Shown one piece after another: positions 9,324 to 19,456 of a DNA stretch of 64,000 bases. Every line of letters begins with the position of its first letter. Position 1 is the stretch's first letter. The notes beneath the pieces are model-generated. The model saw only the letters and a program-made list of their open reading frames with translations. It ran no database searches and had not been told where the DNA came from. A program made the position numbers and the translations under genes. The stretch is taken from NCBI GenBank assembly GCA_965198235.1, contig OZ240248.1:4736001-4800000 (forward strand), in the 5' to 3' direction. The stretch comes from Candidatus Poribacteria bacterium (GTDB taxonomy: Bacteria > Poribacteria > WGA-4E > WGA-3G).

Positions 9324-12300
9324 ATGCAAGATATAGAAAACATTCTTAAAACCCGCATCCAGAACGATGAAGCAAACACCTTCGTCATCATTGTACCGAC
9401 CGATTCTGCGCGTCTGAAGCGTCAGCGCGAATTGGTCGGTTATCACCCGAACCGGGCGGTTGCTAATTTGCGTGTGCATGACATTGAGAATTTCGTGCAG
9501 AGGCTCTACACCCAGGTTCACCCGCCGAGACAACACATCTCACATGGACTCCAAAACCTATGGCTTCACGAAATCGCGGACCCACAGTCGGACAATAGCG
9601 ATGCCTACCGTTATGAAGCCTTTCGACCAGGTCAAGAAATTTCTGTTCCCGATAGTACACTATCCCTTGTCGTAGATACAATTAACCGGTTTAGGGAACG
9701 CGGTGAGACCGTGCGAAACATTGTGACGGATAATCCAACTAAGGTTGATCTCGTTCATATTTATGAAAATTATGAGGCGAAACTCGCAGATCGATGGATA
9801 GATGAGCAAGGTAAACATCTACACCTTGCTAACAATTTCAATTCAGAATTCATGAGGAACGCATTTCCACAGGTCAATCTTGTGGTTGTTGAAGGGTTCA
9901 CTGTGCTTTCCAAAGCCGACATCAAAATTCTGACGGACATCTCACAAATGTCTAATATAGAGATGTGGTTCCGTACCGACTATGTTGAAGAAAATGAAAA
10001 CCTTTACAGAAATATTGCTGATCTTGTCAGGCAATTTGAAGCAGTAGGTGTGGACATTGATGCCGACTATGAACGCGAATCCGATCTACATCAACATTTT
10101 GCCAAGAACCTTTTTCGCGTAGAAGCAGAAGATGTGAACTTGAATCACAATTCTGATGCTGCAGTTCAGATTAAAGTGTTGAAACCTGCTGACAGATCAG
10201 AAGAAGTGGAGCAAATTGCACATCTGATACAGAAACATGTGTCGGATGGAGATTGCAAACTCAGTGACATCTGTGTCGCTTATTACAACATAGGGCAATA
10301 TCAGCAGCGCGTCGCCGAAACTTTTCCCGCTTACGGCATTCCTTATTCGCTCGTAGAGATCGTACCGTTGACCAGGTCAGAGATCGTCAAAGCGATCTTT
10401 TCTCGTCTTTCATCTCGCCAAGTCCCGTTAGACGGTGCCTATTTCTCTGAGGTCGAGCCTGCGTCACACATACGACTGTTTCACCCTGACGCGTTTCAGA
10501 GATATGTTGATGACCTACTCAAAAAGGGCGGGATCATCCAGCATATTCTAAACCCGATGCTCAGAAAAAACCGGGAGGTCGTCGAAGGTGAGATTGAGGC
10601 GTATCGCCAATTCAATAGGATTGTTAAAGAACTTTGTGGCGTTTTAAAATCGGACGGGGTTGAATCGTGTTCCCTTAATGATTACATTGAGAAACTCCAC
10701 CACATTGCAAAGCATACAAACTATCAAAATAGACCAGCAACAAAGGCGGAAACTGTCAGAATTGTTCAACTTGGAGAACTCAGAAGTCTGGAGTTTGATG
10801 TCGTCTTTTTAGGTGATTTTGTAGAAGGAAGGTTTCCAGCCAATTATCAGCCGGATCCGCTACTCCCAGAAATCCCTTATCGTAACGAAGAGGAACAGTT
10901 ACACGACAGCCGATTCATGTTCTATCGGGTGCTCAAATCTTTTCGCAAAGTGCTTTATCTGCTTACCCCAAAACGTGAACGTGCGGCGGATCTGATCCCA
11001 TCTCCTTTTCTCGGTCAATTAAAGGCACTCGCTGATGTCCAAGAGATTGAAATCGCTGATCCCACACAGGGAAGTGTCTCCGGTTTCCTCAGCACGTACG
11101 GTAATCACGTATGGACGATGCCTATCCCCTCCAATGAAGAATTCCCTGATGAAATCGCAGAGATGCGTCCCCTAATAGAGCATGTCGTTAAAGTTGAAAA
11201 AAGTCGCGAAAAGATACATGATCATTTGGCTTATGAAGGGATTTTAACGGCTGAAACGCTTTCTACTGCAAGCCGAGAACGTTTGGAAAATCGGCGGCAG
11301 CGGATCTATTCCGTCACAGAATTGGAAACTTACGCCAAATGTCCATTTCAGTACTTCATCAATAATGTTTTGAGATTCCGTGTTGAAGAGGACGAGACAG
11401 AGGATGAGTTATCCGGCCTTGAAAAAGGATCACTACTCCATGATGTTCTCTTTGAATTTTACAACGTTCGTTGCAACCAAAAAAGACCTTCTATCGGACA
11501 ATGTGACGAGAAAACCTTTAAAGACGCAAAAAACCAATTGAATGAACTGCTGGAGAGTCATGCGGAAAAACATCGCAATCGACGGACTGAGAACCTTATT
11601 GGCGAGAACAATCTGTTTTGGGAAACCGATGTAGAGAAACTTCGTGTTACACTCCACAAATGGCTTACAGCAGAGCGCACCCACGAATTACCTGTTACAC
11701 CTCACTACTTTGAGGTTAGTTTTGGACAGAAACGTGAACCAAGAGATCCGGAACTTAGCCACACTGAACCAATTACTATCAGCGACGTGCGTATGACTGG
11801 TAAAATTGACCGCATTGATATCGGTAATGGCACCTTTAATATTATTGACTATAAGACTGGCAGTTCCACCGTTAGAATGCCGGAGATTCTCAGCGGACGG
11901 AGCCTCCAACTGCCCATCTACCTACAAACAGCCAAGAAATTGTTGGAGAAGCATAACAAAACAGGATTAGAGCCAGCAGCAGGCCTCTATTATAAAATCA
12001 GACTGGACAAATTTACAGCTGAACTCGGTATCGGAACAGAATCCGAAAACGGAGTTGCCTACAATGCTTACAATGGTAACGACTGGAAATCGGTTAGCTC
12101 AAGAAGTGGTCAGTTGTTAGCGGATGAAACCTTCAATGAACGGCTTGCGCGCGTCAGTGGCTACGTTCAACAGTACGTAGACAGTATATCTAAGGGCACC
12201 TTTCCCCTCATCACGCGCGTTGAGACATTTGTAGCGTCTGAAGAAGAGGGCGATACGCCAATCATCCCCAGAAATAAGACAGAACCCTGCAATTACTGTA

Positions 12301-12359
12301 ATTATAAGCGTGTCTGTCGTGTCGGTGCCATCTCTGAAACACCCCAATCAGACGATTAG
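9324..12359 (+). CDS. AddB/RexB-like protein with C-terminal PD-(D/E)XK nuclease and Fe-S Cys motifs
   Basis: SVTELETYAKCPFQYF, GSLLHDVL, GKIDRID, IIDYKTG, LQLPIY, CNYCNYKRVC; start could be 9309. Confidence 0.8.
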   Translation: MQDIENILKTRIQNDEANTFVIIVPTDSARLKRQRELVGYHPNRAVANLRVHDIENFVQRLYTQVHPPRQHISHGLQNLWLHEIADPQSDNSDAYRYEAFRPGQEISVPDSTLSLVVDTINRFRERGETVRNIVTDNPTKVDLVHIYENYEAKLADRWIDEQGKHLHLANNFNSEFMRNAFPQVNLVVVEGFTVLSKADIKILTDISQMSNIEMWFRTDYVEENENLYRNIADLVRQFEAVGVDIDADYERESDLHQHFAKNLFRVEAEDVNLNHNSDAAVQIKVLKPADRSEEVEQIAHLIQKHVSDGDCKLSDICVAYYNIGQYQQRVAETFPAYGIPYSLVEIVPLTRSEIVKAIFSRLSSRQVPLDGAYFSEVEPASHIRLFHPDAFQRYVDDLLKKGGIIQHILNPMLRKNREVVEGEIEAYRQFNRIVKELCGVLKSDGVESCSLNDYIEKLHHIAKHTNYQNRPATKAETVRIVQLGELRSLEFDVVFLGDFVEGRFPANYQPDPLLPEIPYRNEEEQLHDSRFMFYRVLKSFRKVLYLLTPKRERAADLIPSPFLGQLKALADVQEIEIADPTQGSVSGFLSTYGNHVWTMPIPSNEEFPDEIAEMRPLIEHVVKVEKSREKIHDHLAYEGILTAETLSTASRERLENRRQRIYSVTELETYAKCPFQYFINNVLRFRVEEDETEDELSGLEKGSLLHDVLFEFYNVRCNQKRPSIGQCDEKTFKDAKNQLNELLESHAEKHRNRRTENLIGENNLFWETDVEKLRVTLHKWLTAERTHELPVTPHYFEVSFGQKREPRDPELSHTEPITISDVRMTGKIDRIDIGNGTFNIIDYKTGSSTVRMPEILSGRSLQLPIYLQTAKKLLEKHNKTGLEPAAGLYYKIRLDKFTAELGIGTESENGVAYNAYNGNDWKSVSSRSGQLLADETFNERLARVSGYVQQYVDSISKGTFPLITRVETFVASEEEGDTPIIPRNKTEPCNYCNYKRVCRVGAISETPQSDD

Positions 12360-12415
12360 CATTTCGTCTACTGTTTTCACTGACGGAGTCTGAAACCTCA
12401 CCTTTCAGAAAAAAC

Positions 12416-12444
12416 TTGCACACTTCTGCCAAATCTGTTATACT
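12416..12444 (+). promoter_or_regulatory. Sigma70 promoter of sodA
   Basis: TTGCAC-N17-TATACT with TG extension. Confidence 0.6.
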
Positions 12445-12534
12445 CTTTTTGATTTTTAAAGGACATTGCTTGCACGCCCCTTAGCGCGCAACTCGCAAAC
12501 GGATGTAAAAAACAAAATAGGAGGCTATTTTTCA

Positions 12535-13140
12535 ATGGCACATACATTACCAGCACTTCCTTACGCGCATGATGCGTTGGAACCTCATATTGATACACAA
12601 ACGATGGAAATCCACCATGGTAAACACCATCAAGCCTACATTACCAACCTCAACACTGCCTTAGAGGGACTCGGTGCTGTCGCAGACATGGATATTCACG
12701 ACTTGCTCAGCAATCTTGACCAGGTCCCGGAAGACAAACGTCAAGCTGTCATCAACAACGGCGGCGGACACGCGAATCATTCACTCTTCTGGTCCATCAT
12801 GGGTCCTAATGGTGGTGAACCCGGCGGAGAGATCGCAGCAGCGATAACCTCCACCTTCGGATCACTTGAAGCGGCGAAGGAACAGTTTGCCACTGCCGCT
12901 ACCACGCGTTTCGGCTCTGGTTGGGCATGGCTCGTCCTCGGCGACAGCGGGTTGGAAATCTACTCGACGGCGAATCAGGACAGTCCGATCATGCAGGGAC
13001 ATACCCCGCTTCTCGGGATCGATGTCTGGGAACATGCATACTATCTGAAGTACCAGAACCTCCGTCCAGCTTACGTTGAGGCATGGACAAACGTCATCAA
13101 CTGGACTCGAGTCAATGAACTCTACATAGCGAACGCCTAA
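12535..13140 (+). CDS. sodA: Superoxide dismutase, probably Mn-type
   Basis: [23 protein letters not shown]; RBS AGGAGG before ATG at 12535. Confidence 0.93.
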   Translation: MAHTLPALPYAHDALEPHIDTQTMEIHHGKHHQAYITNLNTALEGLGAVADMDIHDLLSNLDQVPEDKRQAVINNGGGHANHSLFWSIMGPNGGEPGGEIAAAITSTFGSLEAAKEQFATAATTRFGSGWAWLVLGDSGLEIYSTANQDSPIMQGHTPLLGIDVWEHAYYLKYQNLRPAYVEAWTNVINWTRVNELYIANA

Positions 13141-13273
13141 CTTTCCGTAACACGTTTTAAATGTTGGTAGGGGTAGGAGCGAAGTGCATTTCAAACCTAC
13201 CCTCTACTTCCTGAAACAACAGACACGTTTCGCCGTACTGTACGTTCAAGAGGACACGGTTCAATTAAATTTC

Positions 13274-13302
13274 TTGACATTTTCCTTTGAATATGTTATA
13301 CT
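13274..13302 (+). promoter_or_regulatory. Sigma70 promoter of the ilv operon
   Basis: TTGACA-N17-TATACT with TG extension. Confidence 0.8.
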
Positions 13303-13386
13303 TAAGGTATAAGCATAATGCATTTCAGCATGCCCGTGAAACTTCGTAAAACGGCGTGCGTAATTAACAACTAAATAGATTACCCT

Positions 13387-13687
13387 AAAAAGCGTTGAAG
13401 GGGAGGAGTAAGTCGTCCGGACTTGCAAGAGATGGGGATTCATAGGCTGAAAGGTCTCCTCAAGTTCCCACGACTGAAGGTCGCCCTGGAGTTGCTAATC
13501 TGAACAGTCTGTAGCAATGTCTCAGTAGGATTAGTCGGTGTGATGCCCGTTAACGCATCCCAAAGAGTGCTCTTTCTCGTTGTAGGTTCAATGCCTCGAA
13601 AATGAGAAAGGGAATTGGAGTGGTACCACGGTAAGGTCACTGTAAATGCCCTTCTCGTCTCCAAAGTTGGAACGAGAAGGTTTTTTT
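13387..13687 (+). ncRNA. T-box riboswitch (probable Leu specifier)
   Basis: Stem I elements GAGUAAG, AGAGA and GGCUGAAAG; probable CUG specifier at 13486-13488; T-box AAUUGGAGUGGUACCACGG at 13613-13631; terminator follows. Confidence 0.9.
13650..13687 (+). terminator. T-box attenuator terminator
   Basis: CCTTCTCGT...ACGAGAAGG stem followed by T7. Confidence 0.88.
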
Positions 13688-13757
13688 AATTTCAACTATT
13701 CCCTGTAGGGAACGGGGTCCACACCCCTCGCCCCTACCACTTATGAGGAAAATTGGC

Positions 13758-15434
13758 ATGGAACTTTCAGGAGCGCAAATCCTTGTTGACAGTCTCAAGC
13801 GGGAAGGCGTCGAATATATCTTTGGTGTGAACGGTGGCGCGGCGATGCCGATTTTCGATGCCCTGTACGGTGAGACCGAAATCAAATTGATTCCAATGCG
13901 GCATGAACAAGGGGCTTCCCACGCCGCTGATGGCTACGCACGCGCCACTGGTGATGTCGGGGTCGCACTCGCAACCTCCGGTCCCGGTGCAACCAATCTC
14001 GTCACAGGTATCGCAACCGCTTATATGGATTCGATTCCGATGGTCGCGATCACCGGACAGGTTTTCACCCACTATATCGGCAGCGATGCTTTCCAAGAGT
14101 GTGATGTTATCGGTGTAACGCGTCCGATCTGTAAGCATAGTTACTTGATCAAAGATTGCGACGAGGTAGCGGATGTCGTCGCTGAAGCGTTTCACCTCGC
14201 GAAGACAGGGAAACCCGGTCCGGTAATCATTGACATTGCCAAAGATGCCCAGATACATGAAGCACTGTTTCAATATCCAGAAACAGTTGACATTCGCAGC
14301 TACAAACCGCAAGTTCACGGTGATCCGGCGCAAATCGCGAAGGCAGCGGCATTGATTAAGGAAGCGAAATGTCCCATGCTTTATGCCGGTGGTGGTGTCG
14401 TACTTGCCAATGCCAGCGAGGAGTTGCGACAATTCACTCTCAAAACCCAGATTCCAATTACGGTTACATTGATGGGTCTCGGAGCGTTCCCCGAAACACA
14501 TCCTTTGGCGATGGAGATGCCCGGAATGCACGGCTCTTGTTGCGCAAATTACGCTTTTACCGATGCAGACCTTGTTATTGCTATCGGTGCAAGGTTCGAT
14601 GACCGCGTTACGGGTGATCTCAGTAAATTCGCACCGAACGCTAAAAAAATCCACATTGATATCGACGCGTCTTGTATCGGGAAAAATGTACCGGTGGATG
14701 TCCCTATCGTTGGTGATGCGAAGAATGTCCTCACTGAACTGAACAAACAGGTCGGCACGGCGGACATTGATCCATGGCGCGCCCAGATTCAGGAATGGAA
14801 GCAGAAGTACCCATTTGAATACGAGCAAAAAGCCGATAAAGTGATGCCGCAATACGTCATTGAGCAGATTTATGAACATTACAGCGATGCGATCGTCGTC
14901 GGGGATGTCGGACAACACCAGATGTGGGCGGCGCAATACTTCAAATTCACCGAACCCCGGCAGTGGCTCAATTCTGGTGGTCTCGGGACGATGGGCTTCA
15001 GTCTCCCAGCCGCAATCGGTGCGCAACTTGGATGTCCGGACAAAACCGTCGTCAACATTAATGGCGATGGTTCCTATATCATGACGATCCAGGAATTGGT
15101 GCCAGCGGTTACCATGAAACTGCCGCTAAAGATTTTCATCATCAACAATATGTATTTGGGAATGGTACGCCAATGGCAGGAATTGTTCCATGGCAAACGC
15201 TATTCCGCTGTCGATTACCACGATAATCCGGATTTCGCCTTACTCGCACAGGCATTCGGTGCCACAGGCTTACGGGTCGAACACACCGAAGATGTTGCGC
15301 CCGCATTACAGAAGGCGAAAGGGATTACCGAGGGTCCCGTTGTCATTGACTTTATTGTTGATGAAGAAGAGAATGTGTTCCCGATGGTGCCAGCTGGTGC
15401 TGGGCTCGGAGATGTTATCCGCGGGTTATCTTAA
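13758..15434 (+). CDS. ilvB: Acetolactate synthase large subunit, biosynthetic
   Basis: RHEQGA, SGPGATN, DVGQHQMW, GDGS TPP motif, GMVRQWQ; clustered with ilvN and ilvC. Confidence 0.95.
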   Translation: MELSGAQILVDSLKREGVEYIFGVNGGAAMPIFDALYGETEIKLIPMRHEQGASHAADGYARATGDVGVALATSGPGATNLVTGIATAYMDSIPMVAITGQVFTHYIGSDAFQECDVIGVTRPICKHSYLIKDCDEVADVVAEAFHLAKTGKPGPVIIDIAKDAQIHEALFQYPETVDIRSYKPQVHGDPAQIAKAAALIKEAKCPMLYAGGGVVLANASEELRQFTLKTQIPITVTLMGLGAFPETHPLAMEMPGMHGSCCANYAFTDADLVIAIGARFDDRVTGDLSKFAPNAKKIHIDIDASCIGKNVPVDVPIVGDAKNVLTELNKQVGTADIDPWRAQIQEWKQKYPFEYEQKADKVMPQYVIEQIYEHYSDAIVVGDVGQHQMWAAQYFKFTEPRQWLNSGGLGTMGFSLPAAIGAQLGCPDKTVVNINGDGSYIMTIQELVPAVTMKLPLKIFIINNMYLGMVRQWQELFHGKRYSAVDYHDNPDFALLAQAFGATGLRVEHTEDVAPALQKAKGITEGPVVIDFIVDEEENVFPMVPAGAGLGDVIRGLS

Positions 15435-15515
15435 CGATTTTTTTAACCATTGAATCTGAGTTGCCCTTCCGTTGTTAGGGTAGTATTCTAATCGTTAAGA
15501 AATTGTTCATAACCA

Positions 15516-15618
15516 TCTGAACTTGGATTCTTATGCTTCTTCGATCTTTACCGTGATTATATTACAGGTCCATCTAATCATGGTGAAGATCCAAGAAGCT
15601 CATAAATCATGGTTCGGA
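15516..15618. repeat. Long imperfect palindrome between ilvB and ilvN
   Basis: TCTGAAC...GCTTCTT...ACCGTGATTA pairs with TAATCATGGT...AAGAAGC...GTTCGGA. Confidence 0.6.
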
Positions 15619-15706
15619 CAGTTTTAGAGAATCAACACGGAATGCGCGTATGGCATTCCGTGGGGGTGGACAACGGACACTCCGTCCAGGCATAATCGTT
15701 AAAAGA

Positions 15707-16204
15707 ATGAATTCAGAAGAACGACACATTTTTTCCGTTTTGGTCGAGAACCGATTTGGAGTCCTCGCACGTGTTGCGGGACTCTTCAGCGGGCGCGGCT
15801 TTAATATTGATAGTCTCAACGTCGCCGAAACGCACGACAGGAGCATTTCGCAGATAACCCTTGTCACGCATGGCGATGCCCAAATTATTGAACAGATCTA
15901 CCATCACCTCAATAGACTTATTGACGTTATTGAAGTAACAGACCTCTCCACCGGCACCCATGTTGAACGAGAACTTGTCCTTATCAAGATTGCTACCGAT
16001 AATCCTCAAAAACGCACCGAGATTCTGCAAGTCGCCGAAGTTTTCCGTGGTCGGGTTATAGATATGAAACCTGCTTCACTTGTCCTTGAAATTACAGGTG
16101 ATGAGGGTAAATTGAAAGCGGCGATTGATATTTTCAATACGTACGGTATCCTTGAGTTAGCACGCACCGGTAAAATAGCGATGCTGCGCGGATCCGATTT
16201 TTAA
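15707..16204 (+). CDS. ilvN: Acetolactate synthase small subunit
   Basis: VLVENRFGVLARVAGLFSGRGFNIDSL ACT domain; ELARTG. Confidence 0.95.
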   Translation: MNSEERHIFSVLVENRFGVLARVAGLFSGRGFNIDSLNVAETHDRSISQITLVTHGDAQIIEQIYHHLNRLIDVIEVTDLSTGTHVERELVLIKIATDNPQKRTEILQVAEVFRGRVIDMKPASLVLEITGDEGKLKAAIDIFNTYGILELARTGKIAMLRGSDF

Positions 16205-16440
16205 ATTTTCCTTGCGGTTCGGCTAAGTGAGTTTGGCATTTGATGCCCCTCGGCGTAGAACCGCCCTCCATTACATTACGGGCTACGCGTTTGGTGCTAA
16301 GAATGCAAAGGCTTGTCACAGAAATCGTGATGTCCGCGTCCGCTGAGGTTTCCTAATCTCACCGCTGGCATCCGGGCTGCCCGTTTTCATTAGAGATTGC
16401 GTAAGTCCTACTATAATTTTTTAGAAAAGGAACAGACTTT

Positions 16441-17433
16441 ATGGCAACGATTTATTACGATAGTGATGCCAATTTTGATTTACTGAAAGAGCGCACCGTC
16501 GCTGTTATTGGTTACGGGGCACAGGGACGTGCGCAATCCCTAAACCTCAAAGACAGCGGGGCGAATGTTGTCGTCGGGTTATATGAAGGCAGTCGTTCAA
16601 AAGCGCGAGCGGAAGCCGAAGGCTTGACCGTCAAAACCGTCGAAGAAGCCGCAGCAATGGCAGACATAGTTCAAGTTCTCATCCCTGATGAACGCCATGC
16701 CGCTGTTTACCGTGACCAGATCGCGCCGAACATGCAGTCGGGGAATATGCTCCTCGTCTCACACGGATTCAGCGTCCATTTTGGGCAAATTGTGCCTGCT
16801 AGTGACATTGATGTCGCAATGATTGCACCGAAGGGACCGGGTTCCCTCGTCCGTGAGGTGTTTGAAGGTGGTGGTGGAGTGCCGTGTCTCATTGCTATAC
16901 ATCAAGATACCACAGGTCTCGCACGCGAGGTCGCGCTCGCTTATGCAAGAGGCATCGGCGGCACACGTGCCGGTGTCATAGAAACTACGTTCCGCGAGGA
17001 AACCGAAACCGATCTCTTCGGTGAGCAAGCCGTCCTGTGTGGCGGAACCGCTGCACTTATTAAAGCCGCTTTTGATACGCTCGTCGAAGCCGGTTACCAA
17101 CCCGAAATGGCTTACTTTGAATGTCTGCACGAACTCAAGTTGATTGTTGACCTAATCTACACCGGCGGATTGAGTAAGATGCGCAATGATGTGAGCAACA
17201 CCGCCGAATACGGCGACCTGACACGCGGTCCTCAGCTCATTGATGACAGCGTCAGGGACAGGATGCGCCAAATCTTGAAGGACGTTCAGGGTGGTGTCTT
17301 CGCACGAGAGTGGGTCTTGGAAAATGAGGCAAATCAACCCGTACTCGGTGCACTCCGCCGACAGGAAGAAGAATTGCAGATTGAAGAGGTCGGCAAAAAC
17401 CTGCGCAGCATGATGAGCTGGCTCGACGAGTAG
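16441..17433 (+). CDS. ilvC: Ketol-acid reductoisomerase
   Basis: [29 protein letters not shown]. Confidence 0.96.
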   Translation: MATIYYDSDANFDLLKERTVAVIGYGAQGRAQSLNLKDSGANVVVGLYEGSRSKARAEAEGLTVKTVEEAAAMADIVQVLIPDERHAAVYRDQIAPNMQSGNMLLVSHGFSVHFGQIVPASDIDVAMIAPKGPGSLVREVFEGGGGVPCLIAIHQDTTGLAREVALAYARGIGGTRAGVIETTFREETETDLFGEQAVLCGGTAALIKAAFDTLVEAGYQPEMAYFECLHELKLIVDLIYTGGLSKMRNDVSNTAEYGDLTRGPQLIDDSVRDRMRQILKDVQGGVFAREWVLENEANQPVLGALRRQEEELQIEEVGKNLRSMMSWLDE

Positions 17434-17596
17434 AATTTTCTTCTCTCGCACATGTGCCTTAATTCCTTTTCGCTGGCGAGGTTTCTTGGGGAAATCCGCA
17501 GAAATACCTCGTCCTTTCGCATGTTGCACTCTGCGGATAGACACAACTTCTTGATTTTGTCTGCGTTCTGGCATCCCTCGTTTCCGTGCTAAAGAT

Positions 17597-18031
17597 ATGA
17601 ATTTATCGGACAAAACGGATACTTTCTTAATCCGGGAGTGCCGTCCAGAAGAAGCGGAAGCACTTCTCATATTGTGGCGGGCTACTGGAACATCTCCAAG
17701 CATCACGGATACTATCGCAGATATTCAAGGTGCAATAGAAAGCCTCGCGTCGGTGCTGGTTGCTGAGGCAGATCAACGTATCGTCGGCTCCTTGATCGCT
17801 ACTTTCGATGGGTGGCGAGGGAACATGTATCGGATCGCAGTTCATCCTGACTACCGACGTTGTGGCATTGGACGAGCCTTAGTCGAGGAAGGCGAGAGAT
17901 GTTTGGCAAAGCAGGGAGCTAAACGCATCACGGCACTCGTAGAAGAGAAGTATCCGTGGGCGACTGCGTTCTGGTCGAGTGTCGGATATGAGATAGAACC
18001 TGGGATCGTCCGGTTTTTCCGCAATCCCTAA
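17597..18031 (+). CDS. GNAT family N-acetyltransferase
   Basis: IAVHPDYRRCGIGRAL motif A; FWSSVGY. Confidence 0.88.
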   Translation: MNLSDKTDTFLIRECRPEEAEALLILWRATGTSPSITDTIADIQGAIESLASVLVAEADQRIVGSLIATFDGWRGNMYRIAVHPDYRRCGIGRALVEEGERCLAKQGAKRITALVEEKYPWATAFWSSVGYEIEPGIVRFFRNP

Positions 18032-18072
18032 ATAAAGCACATGTCGTGTCCCATCATACGAGGAGGATAGCC

Positions 18073-19191
18073 GTGAAATTCAGAGGATATCAACTGGACA
18101 ACACCTTCAAAAGCGTTTACGGGCTCGCAGTCGCTGATATAAACGGTGACGGGCAGCTTGACATCATCGCTGGCTCTACAGGCGAACCCATTATCGCTTG
18201 GTACGAGGCACCCCATTGGAAAAGACATCTCGTGACCGATCAAGGTAGCGGACACATCACTATTGCGCCTTACGATCTCACCGGTAACGGCACTCCTGAT
18301 CTCATTGTAGGAAGTGGTTTCAACCGTGGGGTCAACGCTGCAGAGGGATATCTCCAATGGCTTGAGGCACCGGTACAGGACGGACAAAACTGGAAAAGCT
18401 ACCGCATTGCCGATGTCCCGTTCATCCATCGTATCGCACTCGCGAATTTCTCTGGAAACGCATCAACATCGACTCCTTTTCTCATTGTTGCATCGATTCG
18501 CGGTGAGGACGGTAAGCCTGGGGAATGGCATAGCCCTGGCTCCCTCTGGTGCTACGAATTGTCAGATACCCCGCGAGAAGCAACCTCTTGGCAATCCCAC
18601 CTCCTTGACGATTCCCTCCACATCAACCACGGTTTGAGTATCAACGATGTTGACCAAGATGGACGCGATGATGTCCTGATTAGCTGCACAGAGGGTTTGA
18701 TCTGGTATGAACCGCCTATTGCACCGATGACGGACGATTGGGGCAAATGGGTCATCAGCGACCGAGAGTGTAGCGACACATTCGCCGCCGACATTGATGG
18801 GGACGGTATCAACGAAATTTTAGCGATTGAGCCGTGGCATGGGAACAATCTCGTCTGGTATAAAGCTACTGGTGATCTGCGAACCGATCCTTGGCATCGC
18901 TATCTCATTGACGACACGCTTAACCGTGGGCACTCCCTCGCCGCTGTTGACGTTGATGAGGATGGAGTGCTTGAAGTTATCTGTGGTTACAACGGTGAAG
19001 GGACGAGTTTGCATCTCTACCGTCCAGAGGATCTGGCACAAAACCGGTGGAGTAAAGAAACGATTGACAATGGCGGTTTAGGTGTCGGACAGATGCAGGT
19101 ACTGGACATGAACGGGAACGGCAGATTGGACATCGTCGCCAGCGGTCTCAGCACTGGCAACGTCAAGTGGTATGAAAATCTGCCCAATTGA
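18073..19191 (+). CDS. FG-GAP/VCBS repeat beta-propeller protein
   Basis: Repeated DxxxDGxxD loops (DINGDGQLD, DVDQDGRDD, DIDGDGINE, DVDEDGVLE); GTG start after AGGAGG. Confidence 0.8.
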   Translation: MKFRGYQLDNTFKSVYGLAVADINGDGQLDIIAGSTGEPIIAWYEAPHWKRHLVTDQGSGHITIAPYDLTGNGTPDLIVGSGFNRGVNAAEGYLQWLEAPVQDGQNWKSYRIADVPFIHRIALANFSGNASTSTPFLIVASIRGEDGKPGEWHSPGSLWCYELSDTPREATSWQSHLLDDSLHINHGLSINDVDQDGRDDVLISCTEGLIWYEPPIAPMTDDWGKWVISDRECSDTFAADIDGDGINEILAIEPWHGNNLVWYKATGDLRTDPWHRYLIDDTLNRGHSLAAVDVDEDGVLEVICGYNGEGTSLHLYRPEDLAQNRWSKETIDNGGLGVGQMQVLDMNGNGRLDIVASGLSTGNVKWYENLPN

Positions 19192-19456
19192 GAAATCTCC
19201 ATGATGCAGCGTTGCAAAATGCCACGTTCCGCGATTGACATTTTTCAAACGAAAAAAGTTGTCAATCTCAAAGGAAAGTGATACGATATCCATAGAGAAA
19301 TCCGTAACCAAAGCATAATTTCAAAATGAGGAGACAATCCAATAAACTGGAAACACTCCGTTTAATACTTGGGAATTGAAAAGGATGGTTACCAATTGTC
19401 AGTTTTCAGAAAGCAATGTATTTTTTTACTGACAACCGAAAACTGACAACTAACGA

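Noticed and set aside
13767-15026. 419-aa minus-strand ORF
   Set aside because: Antisense shadow of ilvB
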